Shown here: one piece after another, positions 34,568-43,951 of the stretch
How positions within the stretch are numbered: position 1 is the first letter of the stretch
How the letters are laid out: each line of letters begins with the position of its first letter
Origin: Candidatus Troglogloeales bacterium
GTDB taxonomy: Bacteria > Nitrospirota > Nitrospiria > SBBL01 > SBBA01
Direction of reading: 5' to 3'
DNA length: 64,000 bases
Assembly (NCBI GenBank): GCA_005239925.1
Contig: SBBA01000183.1
Location: 27 to 64,026, forward strand
Translations under genes and position numbers: made by a program
The notes under the pieces: generated by a model
Databases searched by the model: none
Told to the model about the DNA's origin: nothing
The model's input: only the letters and a program-made list of their open reading frames with translations

Positions 34568-35106
34568 AAGTCGTTGAAGAACCGCTGCTTCGTAAAAAAG
34601 TTGTTTACCAGGGAAGATATGTACGAACGGAAGAGCAGACCGTAAGGCTTCCGGATGGAACCGAGGCCATGCGGGAGATTGTTTGCCCCCCGGATGCGGT
34701 GGGTATTCTGGCCATCGATAAAAATGAGATGGTTTATTTGGTGCGGCAGTATCGTCCCGCGATCCATCAAATTACGTTGGAGATTCCGGCCGGGATCATT
34801 GATCCAGGGGAGACGGAAGAAGCAACGGCACGGCGTGAATGCCGGGAAGAGATCGGGTTGGTACCAGGGAGACTGATGTTCCTCTTCTCTTATTTTCATT
34901 CAGTCGGATTTTCCACCGGCAAGATTGCTGTTTTCCTGGCGACTGATCTTACGCCTTCAGACGGCCCTCATCCCGACTCCGAGGAGTTCTTAGAACAGGT
35001 TGCTCTCCCTTTTAATGAGTTGTATCAAAAGGCGACTTCCGGAGAAATCGTCGACAGCAAAACGTTGCTGGCCGCGCTTTGGTATCAACAGAAGAGACGT
35101 GCATGA
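34564..35106 (+). CDS. NUDIX hydrolase (ADP-ribose pyrophosphatase-like)
   Basis: It has the Nudix box '[22 protein letters not shown]'. ATG 34564 overlaps the glgP stop as ATGA. Confidence 0.85.
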   Translation: MKVVEEPLLRKKVVYQGRYVRTEEQTVRLPDGTEAMREIVCPPDAVGILAIDKNEMVYLVRQYRPAIHQITLEIPAGIIDPGETEEATARRECREEIGLVPGRLMFLFSYFHSVGFSTGKIAVFLATDLTPSDGPHPDSEEFLEQVALPFNELYQKATSGEIVDSKTLLAALWYQQKRRA

Positions 35107-35762
35107 ATCCAGATTCCTCTCCTCCTTTACGTCCCATATTAAAGACACCCCACGGCGAGAAAAAGCTCCTGCTGCACTCCTGCTGCGCCCCTTGTGGCGG
35201 GGAGGTCATGGAGGCGCTCATCGCGTCCGACATTGCGTTTACGATCTATTTTTACAATCCGAACATTCATCCCCATGCCGAGTATCTGTTGCGAAAGGAT
35301 GAGAATATCCGGTTTGCCAATCAACATGGGATTCCCTTTATTGATGCCGATTACGACAAGGAAAACTGGTTTGACCGGGTGAAAGGGTTGGAGATGGAGC
35401 CGGAACGTGGGGAGCGATGTACCGTTTGTTTCGATATGCGGTTCGAGCGATCGGCATTGTACGCCCATGAAAACGGCTTTCATCTTTTTACAAGCACGCT
35501 GGGTATCTCCCGATGGAAGGACATGGATCAGATTAATCGCGCTGGGGTTCGGGCGGCCAGCCGGTATCCGGAGATGACCTATTGGACGTTTAACTGGCGA
35601 AAGGGCGGGGGAAGCGCCCGGATGATTGAAATTTCAAAGCGTGAGCATTTCTACCAGCAGGAGTATTGTGGCTGTGTTTACAGTTTGCGCGATACCAATC
35701 AGTGGCGATTAAAGAATGGCCGCTCGCCCGTCCAACGCGGCGAGAAATTCTATGGCGATTAA
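35103..35762 (+). CDS. queH: Epoxyqueuosine reductase QueH (DUF208)
   Basis: '[15 protein letters not shown]' and 'YCGCVYS' are the conserved Cys motifs. The ATG overlaps the nudix stop as ATGA. Confidence 0.85.
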   Translation: MNPDSSPPLRPILKTPHGEKKLLLHSCCAPCGGEVMEALIASDIAFTIYFYNPNIHPHAEYLLRKDENIRFANQHGIPFIDADYDKENWFDRVKGLEMEPERGERCTVCFDMRFERSALYAHENGFHLFTSTLGISRWKDMDQINRAGVRAASRYPEMTYWTFNWRKGGGSARMIEISKREHFYQQEYCGCVYSLRDTNQWRLKNGRSPVQRGEKFYGD

Positions 35763-35768
35763 TGGGTC

Positions 35769-36179
35769 TTATGGAATAGCCTGAATCTGCTGACGCATCT
35801 TTTTGGCCTGGAAGGAGGCCCCACGGGCTGCTTCATAGGCTGCATGGGCATCACCCGCCTTACCGAGTTGAATCGCCTTATTTATCCTTTCGAGCGTTAA
35901 TTTCAGAGAGTCAAGGGTCTCTTTCTTTGCCTTGATCTGGGGCATATTGCTGGATTGAACCTCCAAGATCAACGCCTTGATCTGTTCGACCGCCTTTTCC
36001 CCATAGAGGACAATCTCGTGGGTATGCCCCTCCCCACCGTGGTGAACCATCTCCTGGGACAGTCGGTAGATTTCGTTTGAACGTTTTCGTGTAGACTGGA
36101 TCGGGTCTTCTTTTGCGGTGATATCACCCGATGAGAGAAGGAACGCCAATAGCAACACGAAGGGAATAATCTTTTGCAT
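35769..36179 (-). CDS. Small periplasmic His-containing protein (SmbP-like, tentative)
   Basis: 136-aa ORF with a signal peptide 'IIPFVLLLAFLLSSGDITA'. It is helical and contains 'HHGGEGHTHE' and 'GDAHAA'. Confidence 0.5.
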   Translation of the reverse strand: MQKIIPFVLLLAFLLSSGDITAKEDPIQSTRKRSNEIYRLSQEMVHHGGEGHTHEIVLYGEKAVEQIKALILEVQSSNMPQIKAKKETLDSLKLTLERINKAIQLGKAGDAHAAYEAARGASFQAKKMRQQIQAIP

Positions 36180-36254
36180 TTTTTTTCTTGTTTCGGAGAA
36201 AAAAGTATCATAGACTTGGCAAAATCGTCAACATAGAAAGACCGCCGACACATA

Positions 36255-38147
36255 ATGTTATTTCATACAGAGATTTCATTTACGCCTCCTTTTGTGACAT
36301 TTCCCTATACGAACACCCGATTTTTAAGTCAGGTATTTTCCCACTCGACAAATATTTTTTTCATCTTTTCTCTAATGCTGGTTCTCACGGCTGGCGTTGC
36401 GGATGCGCGGGGTCGTTGGGATGTCTTGCAGGGGGAAGTGAGCTCCAACGCCCTCTGGGGAACGCATTTTATCTCGGCTAAGGAAGGTTGGGCGGTGGGA
36501 ACCCAGGGAACGATTCTTCATACCGTGGATGGCGGCGCCCATTGGCGCGCCCAGCACCGCGCTTCCGATGAACGTTTTTTTGCCATTGATTTTGCAGATG
36601 CCAATCATGGCTGGGCCGTCTCGTGGACAGGCCGGATTTTCAATACCATCAACCGGGGTGAACACTGGGCGGAACAGGCCCGGCCGATCCACACCTGGTT
36701 ATGGGATGTTGATTTCCACGATGCCCGATACGGCTGGGTCGTGGGAAATAACGGTGTCATTATTAATACGATGGATGGCGGTAAAACCTGGCGACAGCAG
36801 AAAAGCGGCATTTCGTCGGCCCCCTTGCTGGGGGTTTCCTTCATTGATGCATATCGGGGCTGGATTGTGGGTTGGAACGGGGTGATTTTGCATACCCAGG
36901 ATGGCGGTAAAAAATGGGTTCATCAAAAGAGTGGAACCAAGACGCCGCTAGAGGCCGTTTTTTTTATTGACGCTAAAAACGGGTGGGCCGTAGGACGCAA
37001 GGGGACTATTCTGCATACCGTAGACGGTGGCCGACACTGGCGGCATCAGAAGAGTCCTGTAGAAAACCTTCTTTTGGGGGTCCAGTTTATCTCGCCCAAA
37101 CTGGGTTTTACTGCAGGGGGGTCGGGTACCTTCCTAGTGACGAAGGATGGTGGGGAAACCTGGGAGAAGCGGGCCGTTTCTTCGGATAGTACCATAGAAG
37201 GTTTTTCTTTCTCGGATGCGCGCCATGGTTGGGCCGTCGGTTGGGGCGGCGTGGTGCTTCACACCCAGGACGGTGGTGAACATTGGGAGACGCAAAACTA
37301 CGGCTTTTCAGACCGATTTTTCCGTATTCATTTTGCGGATACACGTTATGGTTGGATAGCCGGTGCAGATGGAACCCTTTTACATTCATCCAATGGGGGG
37401 GAGAGTTGGACAACACAAGAAACAGGAACCCAGGAGTGGGTCCTTTCGGTTTTTTTTGTGTCAGAAAGTACAGGGTGGGCTGTTGGTGAAAAGGGATTGA
37501 TGCTTCATACCACCGATCGGGGCCAAAATTGGAAGCCGCAGACCAGACTGGTTGAGGCAGGCCTCGAAGGAGTTTTTTTCTTAAATGAGAAGATCGGTTG
37601 GGTAGTGGGCGAGAAGGGAATTATTTTTAAAACGGTGGACGGGGGAAAGCGATGGCGGCTTCAAATTAGCCCGGTCTTTACCTTGTTAACCGATGTGTTC
37701 TTTGTGGATCAAAAAAAGGGATGGATTACGGGAGACGCCGGAACCCTTCTCTACACGGAGGATGGAGGGGAGCAGTGGCGTCCTGTACCTATAAAAACCC
37801 AGGCATTGTTAAGCCGAATTATCTTTCCAGAGGCCAGGAGGGCCATTACCGATGTCGGTTATATTGTGGGGATGCATGGAACTGTTCTAACGACATCAGA
37901 CAGTGGGCTTCATTGGCATTCCGTGAATGTCGGACTATCGGTCGGGTTATGGGATATTTTTAAGAAAGGGAGCGAAATTTGGGTTGTAGGTGATCTGGGC
38001 GTTATTTTGTACAGCCCGGATCAAGGCCGGCATTGGGAGACAATCGAAAGCGGCGTTGTTCAACGTCTTACAGGCGTCTTTTTTACTGAGCCAAACCGTG
38101 GCTGGATTATTGGCAAGGGTGGGCTTATTCTTAAGTTTAGTCCCTGA
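36255..38147 (+). CDS. Ycf48/BNR-like beta-propeller repeat protein
   Basis: 630-aa ORF. It has more than 12 repeats of 'GWAVG..G.ILHT.DGG..W..Q'. The hydrophobic leader is 'IFFIFSLMLVLTAGVADA'. The exact start is uncertain. Confidence 0.75.
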   Translation: MLFHTEISFTPPFVTFPYTNTRFLSQVFSHSTNIFFIFSLMLVLTAGVADARGRWDVLQGEVSSNALWGTHFISAKEGWAVGTQGTILHTVDGGAHWRAQHRASDERFFAIDFADANHGWAVSWTGRIFNTINRGEHWAEQARPIHTWLWDVDFHDARYGWVVGNNGVIINTMDGGKTWRQQKSGISSAPLLGVSFIDAYRGWIVGWNGVILHTQDGGKKWVHQKSGTKTPLEAVFFIDAKNGWAVGRKGTILHTVDGGRHWRHQKSPVENLLLGVQFISPKLGFTAGGSGTFLVTKDGGETWEKRAVSSDSTIEGFSFSDARHGWAVGWGGVVLHTQDGGEHWETQNYGFSDRFFRIHFADTRYGWIAGADGTLLHSSNGGESWTTQETGTQEWVLSVFFVSESTGWAVGEKGLMLHTTDRGQNWKPQTRLVEAGLEGVFFLNEKIGWVVGEKGIIFKTVDGGKRWRLQISPVFTLLTDVFFVDQKKGWITGDAGTLLYTEDGGEQWRPVPIKTQALLSRIIFPEARRAITDVGYIVGMHGTVLTTSDSGLHWHSVNVGLSVGLWDIFKKGSEIWVVGDLGVILYSPDQGRHWETIESGVVQRLTGVFFTEPNRGWIIGKGGLILKFSP

Positions 38148-38270
38148 AGATCTGCCTGTCACATCCTGAAGAATATCAAGTCAATGGGGGCTCTCGTTTT
38201 TCTTCGTAGCCTCACTCGATCCTTTCCAACAAGGCTGATAATGACTCTTCATCGGAGCGGAAGTATATCC

Positions 38271-38430
38271 GGGCACCTCTAAAAACCTACTGCGCGGCCT
38301 AACTACTGTGTTGCGCGGGCGTGACGACGCCTGCGGCGCTCGAAATCCTCATGTACACTGCGACCATTACGATTCTTGTGCGTAGTAGCCCTTGCATTTG
38401 AGCCGCTGGCTACGGTTTTTAGAGGTGCCC
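38271..38430 (+). mobile_element. Family A MITE-like element, copy A4 (160-bp subtype)
   Basis: It has perfect TIRs GGGCACCTCTAAAAACC and GGTTTTTAGAGGTGCCC. Flanks are ATCC/ATTC. Confidence 0.8.
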
Positions 38431-38803
38431 ATTCCTTAAATAAACATAAACTGTTTATTAGGTAAATAAAATAAATACAATTAGAGTATTGACAAAGTAG
38501 AGTTTTTTTGCTATCGTTCCAAGCATCGTAAAACTGATGCGCTTTATGTCTGTAAACTTGTTGGATTAATTGGCTGTGGCTAATGTTTACTATAATCAGG
38601 GTACCTCTTTTAGGTGGGGTGGTTTGTTCGATATCGTTGACTGGGCGTTGAAAAACGATGAGCCGGTGATTGTGATGGGGCGACAGTCACAGAAGGCCCC
38701 CTCAGGCACTAACAAGAGAAGAAGGTTTGACGCCAAGTGGGATAACCGGTTCCAGGAAAACCTGAAGCTGGATTAGTTAGAAGGTTGTTTAAGTCAGAAC
38801 GGA

Positions 38804-38844
38804 AGAAGGAGGGTATAGGGTTATATTGGGGTGGTCCTCCTTCT
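38804..38844 (+). promoter_or_regulatory. Hairpin sequestering an SD-like AAGGAGG just upstream of the 38863 gene
   Basis: AGAAGGAGG (38804-38812) pairs with CCTCCTTCT (38836-38844), giving a 9-bp perfect stem and a 23-nt loop. Confidence 0.35.
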
Positions 38845-38862
38845 CTGGTGTGAAGGTTATGG

Positions 38863-40620
38863 GTGGGAGAAGTAGGGGTGAGGCTGATTCTTTTTTCGGT
38901 TTTGTTAACGCTAGCCCTCTGGGTAGGCTATGTTAGGTGGGATAATACTTCTGGTGTAGTTGTAGGGAAAAAGGGTGGGTTTGTGGAAAGCAGTGATGAG
39001 ATGGCAAAAGTAATGATCCCGGCTATGGCGATTTCAGATAAAATAGTAGTCACGGTAGAGGGGATTTCCGATGTGCCCCCTGAGACGGTTGGAAATGCCT
39101 ATGAATTTAGCCCTGATGGAACCCGTTTTGCTCGTCCTGCAACCATCACGATTGCGTATGACGAAACAGCGCTTCCTGATGAGGTAGATGAGGCTGATCT
39201 TACGTTAGGGTATATGGTGGGTGGTCGTTGGAAAGCGGTTACCGATGCAACCGTGGATACGGTTGCTAATACCGTTACTGGCCGTTCCGTTCATTTTAGC
39301 CGTTTTGGTGTGTTTCGGGCTGGCTCGCGTACGGTAGGCATCGAGGGTGGGGTCGTTGAAAGTGAGGATGGAAAGGCTAACATTGTTGTTCAGTCCGATG
39401 CCGTTTTGGCCGATACTGCTTTTACCATAGATCCTATTTCTGATACTCCAGAGGGGACTATTGGGTTGGCTTACCGACTCGGACCTGAGGGGTCTCATCT
39501 GGCCCGGCCTGCTGTCCTTTCGGTTGTCTATGACCCGTCTGTCATTCCGTTGGGGGTTGACGAGGCCGATCTGGCCTTAGGAACCTTAGTGGATAATCAA
39601 TGGCAGGTTCTGACAGGGAGTGTAGTAAATGTCATTACAAATACTGTGCGTGGAAGCGTTGTACGGTGGGCCCCTTTTAATGCCTACAGTGTTCTGGCCC
39701 GCCCGTTGCCAACCATTGAAAATCCCTCCTTTGAGTCGGGCGTTTCTGCTGTAAAAAACTTGGTTCCAGGACGGAGTTATACCATTACCGGTTTATTGAA
39801 AGGGGTGGGTCGTTGTTGTACGGGTGATATTACTTCATTTGGCGTGGCCGTGGATGGGCGAATTATTTTTGAGCGGAGTCGGCCGCTCAAGGATCAATTT
39901 GTCCCGTTCACGACCACGTTTCCTGCAACTTCTAGTAATCACACCGTATCGTTTTTTGCTGAGCGAAAGAGTTTGGATGTTGGCTATGCCGTTGATGATA
40001 TTGCCATTGCTCCACAGAGAGGCTTTAATCTGATGATAAAAGGTCTTTCCACAGGAAGGGGTGTTGTTACATCAAATCCTCCCGGGATTGATTGCAGTCG
40101 GGACTGCTCCGCCTCATTTGCTTCGGGAACGAGCGTCACTCTAGTTGCAAAAGCAGAACGAGGATTTGTTTTTTCGGGTTGGACAGGAGAGGAATGCACA
40201 GGAATGTGGGTCTGTACGCTGACGATGGACTCCGCTAAGGCAGTCAAGGCGGTTTTTTCTCATCCGTCGTCCAATGCAGCGCTGTCTAGCCTTATGACGG
40301 TCTCTCCAAAAAGTTATGGGGAGGGGCGGCTTGAGCCAGACTTTAGTCCCGAGCTAAAGGAATATACAATTTCAAGACTTGAACCTGGCTTTATTGGCTT
40401 TATGGCCTCTGCAGAGAGCCCTGATGCTGCAGTTGTTGTTGGGGGAAGTGAGGTAGCTTCTGGTCAGTGGTCACGCGTTTATTTTGATGGAACAGATGTC
40501 ACCATTCCTGTTGTTGTAACCGCCCAGGATGGAAAGACAATGAGGGGGTATACGGTACGGTTATGTCGGTGGTATTGTATAGATTCTAAAGGTAGTTTAG
40601 GTAAAAACCCCCAACTTTAG
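38863..40620 (+). CDS. Secreted or anchored protein with an InlB-B-repeat-like module and a cadherin-like beta-sandwich C-terminal domain
   Basis: 585-aa ORF (GTG 38863 or GTG 38878) with the N-terminal anchor 'LILFSVLLTLALWVG'. Two similar about 140-aa N-terminal repeats ('...ITIAYDETALPDEVDEADLTLGYMVGGRWKAV' and '...LSVVYDPSVIPLGVDEADLALGTLVDNQWQVL') are present. It also contains 'VVTSNPPGIDCSRDCSASF..GTSVTLVAKAERGFVFSGW'. Confidence 0.7.
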   Translation: MGEVGVRLILFSVLLTLALWVGYVRWDNTSGVVVGKKGGFVESSDEMAKVMIPAMAISDKIVVTVEGISDVPPETVGNAYEFSPDGTRFARPATITIAYDETALPDEVDEADLTLGYMVGGRWKAVTDATVDTVANTVTGRSVHFSRFGVFRAGSRTVGIEGGVVESEDGKANIVVQSDAVLADTAFTIDPISDTPEGTIGLAYRLGPEGSHLARPAVLSVVYDPSVIPLGVDEADLALGTLVDNQWQVLTGSVVNVITNTVRGSVVRWAPFNAYSVLARPLPTIENPSFESGVSAVKNLVPGRSYTITGLLKGVGRCCTGDITSFGVAVDGRIIFERSRPLKDQFVPFTTTFPATSSNHTVSFFAERKSLDVGYAVDDIAIAPQRGFNLMIKGLSTGRGVVTSNPPGIDCSRDCSASFASGTSVTLVAKAERGFVFSGWTGEECTGMWVCTLTMDSAKAVKAVFSHPSSNAALSSLMTVSPKSYGEGRLEPDFSPELKEYTISRLEPGFIGFMASAESPDAAVVVGGSEVASGQWSRVYFDGTDVTIPVVVTAQDGKTMRGYTVRLCRWYCIDSKGSLGKNPQL

Positions 40621-40647
40621 TACTAGGGGAGAAAGAGGAGGTTCAAC

Positions 40648-40899
40648 ATGGAATTATTTTTAATTGGAAGTAATGGTGAGTTAGCCGGTATTTCAAAGAG
40701 GAAGAAGACGTTGGTCAAGGGGCCGTCCAGGACAGGTAAGAGCCGGCTCCCTTTTGAAAAATCTAAGTTATCGCCTTCCTCCTTACGTGAAGAAATTCGC
40801 TTAATGCTCTATCTTTCTTCTCGTCTTGTGAATGAGGGTAAGGCATTAAAATCGCAGGATGTGGGTGTGACGAGTTCGCTCTCGTCACAATGCGCCTAA
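40648..40899 (+). CDS. Small basic hypothetical protein
   Basis: 83-aa ORF with a strong RBS GAGGAGG 7 nt upstream. I recognise no similarity. Confidence 0.4.
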   Translation: MELFLIGSNGELAGISKRKKTLVKGPSRTGKSRLPFEKSKLSPSSLREEIRLMLYLSSRLVNEGKALKSQDVGVTSSLSSQCA

Positions 40900-41111
40900 T
40901 CCTCTGCCTCCCTAAGGGCACTCCTTACAAAAGGGGAACGAGCAAGGAGGGTTCTCCTCCCTTAAGCTGGGGGGCTATTTTCCTTGATAAATAGGGAGGC
41001 GGAGTACTTTTAAAAAGGCCTTTTTGAGCTGGTCTGGCCCTGCCGTGTAGATGCGTTTCTTCTTTTTGGGTCCGGGTCACTTTTTTAGCGGTTTCTTGGG
41101 TTTACCATAAA

Positions 41112-41271
41112 GGGCACCTCTAAAAATCGTAGTGAGGGCTCAAATGCAAGGGCTACTATGCACAGGAACCGCAATGGTCGCAGTGTACATGAGGATTCCG
41201 GGCATTGCAGGTCTCGTCACGCCCGCGCCACGCAGCAGTTGCGGCCGCGCAGTAGGTTTTTGGAGACGCCC
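41112..41271 (-). mobile_element. Family A MITE-like element, copy A5 (160-bp subtype, inverted)
   Basis: Termini are GGGCACCTCTAAAAATC and GGTTTTTGGAGACGCCC. The core is the reverse complement of A4. It supplies the last about 17 codons of the small minus-strand ORF 41217..41426. Confidence 0.8.
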
Positions 41272-41548
41272 CTAATATGGGCGGTTTCTGATACGTGATC
41301 CTTACTGTTGCTTGGTGCCTTTCGGATCATTTTTCTGATTTCTTCGGGTGGAATCTTTTTCAAATCGTGGCAACTTATCATGGGCTGTTCCTCCATCCTG
41401 AAAATTTTAAAGGAACCCTCTTCCAATGCCCTTAAGCTTTCTCATGATATCAAGAATGGGATGCCGTCTCCACCTTCTCTATAGTCCTTATTTTCTAACC
41501 CATTTAACTGATATGTCCTACCTATCGGGTAGTCGTTAAAAGGGCTGT

Positions 41549-41578
41549 TTGACAATATCCCTTACCTCTCTATATATT
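41549..41578 (+). promoter_or_regulatory. Candidate sigma70-type promoter of the rib operon
   Basis: TTGACA lies at 41549-41554. TATATA follows after 16 nt, or TATATT after 18 nt. This is about 40 nt upstream of the ribBA ATG. Confidence 0.45.
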
Positions 41579-41619
41579 GAACTATTTAGCTTGGCATTTG
41601 AGTAATAAGGGATTTATAA

Positions 41620-42822
41620 ATGAAACTCCATACCATACCAGAGGCCATTGCCGAGATAAGGCAGGGGAAATGCATTATCCTGGTGGATGATGAAGATCGT
41701 GAGAATGAAGGCGATGTCGTTATTGCCGCTGAAAAGGTGACCCCGGATGCCATCAACTTTATGGCCAAATATGCTCGCGGACTGATCTGCCTTACCCTCA
41801 CCGAAGAGCGCTGTCAGGCCTTAAATCTGACACAAATGGTCTCGGAAAATAAGTCCTCTTTTGGCACCGCCTTTACACAATCCATTGATGCGGCGAAAGG
41901 GATCTTCACCGGCATTTCCGCACAGGATCGTGCTAAAACCATTCAAACCGCCATTCGTCCCGGATGCCGCCCCAGCGATCTGGTTCGTCCAGGGCATATC
42001 TTTCCCATTCAGGCGCAGAAGGGTGGGGTTCTGAAACGGGCTGGCCAAACAGAAGGGTCGGTTGATCTGGCCCGTCTGGCCGGTCTTGCCCCTGCCGGTG
42101 TGATTTGCGAAATTATGAAGAACGATGGGTCTATGGCCCGTCTTCCCGATCTCACCATATTTGCCAAACGACACCAGATCAAGATGGTCACGATTCGAGA
42201 CCTGATTGAATACCGAATGAAGCGGGAGTCTTTGGTAACACGAGTGGCTGAGGCTAATCTTCCTACGGAGGAGGGGGAATTTCGCGCCATTGTTTATCAA
42301 AATGCGATTGACCATGAATCCCATATTGCTTTGGTTAGAGGGAAGATCGAAGGAACGGTACCAACATTGGTTCGTGTCCATTCCGGCTGTATCACAGGGG
42401 ATATTTTCGGCTCAAAGCGGTGTGATTGCGGTGAGCAATTACGAGAGGCGATGCGTCGGATTGCACAAGAGGATCAGGGCGTCCTGCTTTATTTAAATCA
42501 GGAAGGACGCGGTATTGGTTTGGTCAACAAGATCAAGGCCTATGCCCTGCAGGAAGGAAAACATGATACTGTTGATGCGAACCTGGCGTTAGGGTTTAAG
42601 GCCGATTTGAGGGATTATGGCATTGGTGCGCAAATTCTGGCAGATTTGGGGGTTCGGAAGATGCGGCTACTGACCAATAATCCAAGAAAGATTGTTGGGG
42701 TTTCCGGATATGGGCTGGATGTGGTGGAACGGATTGCGATTGAAACGGTGCCGCATCCTAAAAACATCCACTACCTTCGGGTGAAAAAGAAAAAGCTGGG
42801 CCATATGCTCGAACGGGTGTAG
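41620..42822 (+). CDS. ribBA: Bifunctional 3,4-dihydroxy-2-butanone-4-phosphate synthase / GTP cyclohydrolase II
   Basis: 400-aa ORF. The RibB half has 'VDDEDRENEGD'. The RibA half has 'CDCGEQL' and 'YLNQEGRGIGL'. Confidence 0.95.
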   Translation: MKLHTIPEAIAEIRQGKCIILVDDEDRENEGDVVIAAEKVTPDAINFMAKYARGLICLTLTEERCQALNLTQMVSENKSSFGTAFTQSIDAAKGIFTGISAQDRAKTIQTAIRPGCRPSDLVRPGHIFPIQAQKGGVLKRAGQTEGSVDLARLAGLAPAGVICEIMKNDGSMARLPDLTIFAKRHQIKMVTIRDLIEYRMKRESLVTRVAEANLPTEEGEFRAIVYQNAIDHESHIALVRGKIEGTVPTLVRVHSGCITGDIFGSKRCDCGEQLREAMRRIAQEDQGVLLYLNQEGRGIGLVNKIKAYALQEGKHDTVDANLALGFKADLRDYGIGAQILADLGVRKMRLLTNNPRKIVGVSGYGLDVVERIAIETVPHPKNIHYLRVKKKKLGHMLERV

Positions 42823-42882
42823 GGGGAACCAACCCATCCCCGCCTGGTACTGTGGTACATTAATTGCGCAACATGTTGGTTC

Positions 42883-42992
42883 ATCATTCCGGCATGTCTC
42901 TAGCCGGAATCCAGGGTTACGCCATTGCGGGCAGTGTCGAACGCTTTGACTCCGACAGCTCTGGATTCCGGCTTAAACATTGCCGGAATGAC
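42883..42992 (+). repeat. Family C nested-hairpin element, copy C1 (ribBA-ribH spacer)
   Basis: Outer arms are aTCATTCCGGCA and TGCCGGAATGAC. Inner arms are AGCCGGAATCCAGGG and CTCTGGATTCCGGCT. Length is 110 bp. Confidence 0.75.
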
Positions 42993-43035
42993 AGGGATTT
43001 TGTTAGCCCTGTAGGCAGATGGGTTTTCGTAACGC

Positions 43036-43527
43036 ATGAATAGCGGTAGAACCAAGAAAAAGGGGTTGCAGGGCGAAGGGCTTCGTTTCGCCCTGATTGT
43101 CAGCCGATTTAATCCAGAGGTAACCGATGGTCTTCGTCAGGGGGCGTTGGTTGTTTTAAAAAAACAGAGGATTCCTTCCAATGCGATTGAGGTAGTTGAG
43201 GTGCCGGGGGCCTTTGAAATTCCAGGCGTGGCCCAACTAATGGCACAATCCAACCGATTTGACGCCATTATCTGTCTGGGTGCAGTCATTCGCGGGGAGA
43301 CCGATCATTATACCTATATCTGTTCGGAGGTCAGTCGCGGCATTGGCCAGGTGGCCCTGGAATGGGGCCTGCCGGTGATCTTTGGCGTCCTCACGACGGA
43401 GACTGTGCAACAGGCAATAGCCCGATCCTCTGGCACAACCAATAAAGGGGCGGAGGCGGCCTTGTCCGCTATTGAGATGGGTTGGTTATATCGCAAATTA
43501 AAAGAGGGACAGTTAACCAATGGGTGA
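43036..43527 (+). CDS. ribH: 6,7-dimethyl-8-ribityllumazine synthase
   Basis: 163-aa ORF with 'FALIVSRFN', 'VPGAFEIP' and 'GAVIRGETDHY'. Confidence 0.95.
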   Translation: MNSGRTKKKGLQGEGLRFALIVSRFNPEVTDGLRQGALVVLKKQRIPSNAIEVVEVPGAFEIPGVAQLMAQSNRFDAIICLGAVIRGETDHYTYICSEVSRGIGQVALEWGLPVIFGVLTTETVQQAIARSSGTTNKGAEAALSAIEMGWLYRKLKEGQLTNG

Positions 43528-43951
43528 TCGACGTAAAGCCAGAGAAGCCGCCTTGCAAATCTTATTTCAAGAGGATTTCAATAGCGAGGTGAAGCCGTTC
43601 TCTTCCCTAAAAGGGGTTGAGATCAAAGAGGATGACTCCGGCCTAACCCGGCAAATTGTGGAAGGTGTTTTTTTGCATCATGCCGAGATTGACCGAATGA
43701 TTTGCCAAAATACCGAACATTGGTCATCGGATCGCATCGCCGCAGTGGATATGAATGTACTTCGCATGGCTGTTTTTGAGATTCTTTTTCTAAGGGAGAC
43801 ACCCATCAAAGTGATCATTAACGAGGCGATTGAGATTGCCAAGAAATATGGCAGTGAAGATTCCGGGGCATTTGTGAATGGGATACTGGATGCCGTTTCC
43901 CTCTGCTCTGCGTCCGTGGAAGCTTCATCCGACAATAAGCAGGAACACTAA
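43520..43951 (+). CDS. nusB: Transcription antitermination factor NusB
   Basis: 143-aa ORF with 'RRKAREAALQILFQ' and 'INEAIEIAKKYGSEDSGAFVNGILD'. Confidence 0.9.
   Translation: MGDRRKAREAALQILFQEDFNSEVKPFSSLKGVEIKEDDSGLTRQIVEGVFLHHAEIDRMICQNTEHWSSDRIAAVDMNVLRMAVFEILFLRETPIKVIINEAIEIAKKYGSEDSGAFVNGILDAVSLCSASVEASSDNKQEH

Noticed and set aside
38570-38776. 68-aa ORF in the leader of the 585-aa secreted-protein gene
   Set aside because: It has a non-ATG start, no RBS and no recognisable motif, and it lies in a region better explained as a structured leader. I kept it only as a mention in the hairpin finding.
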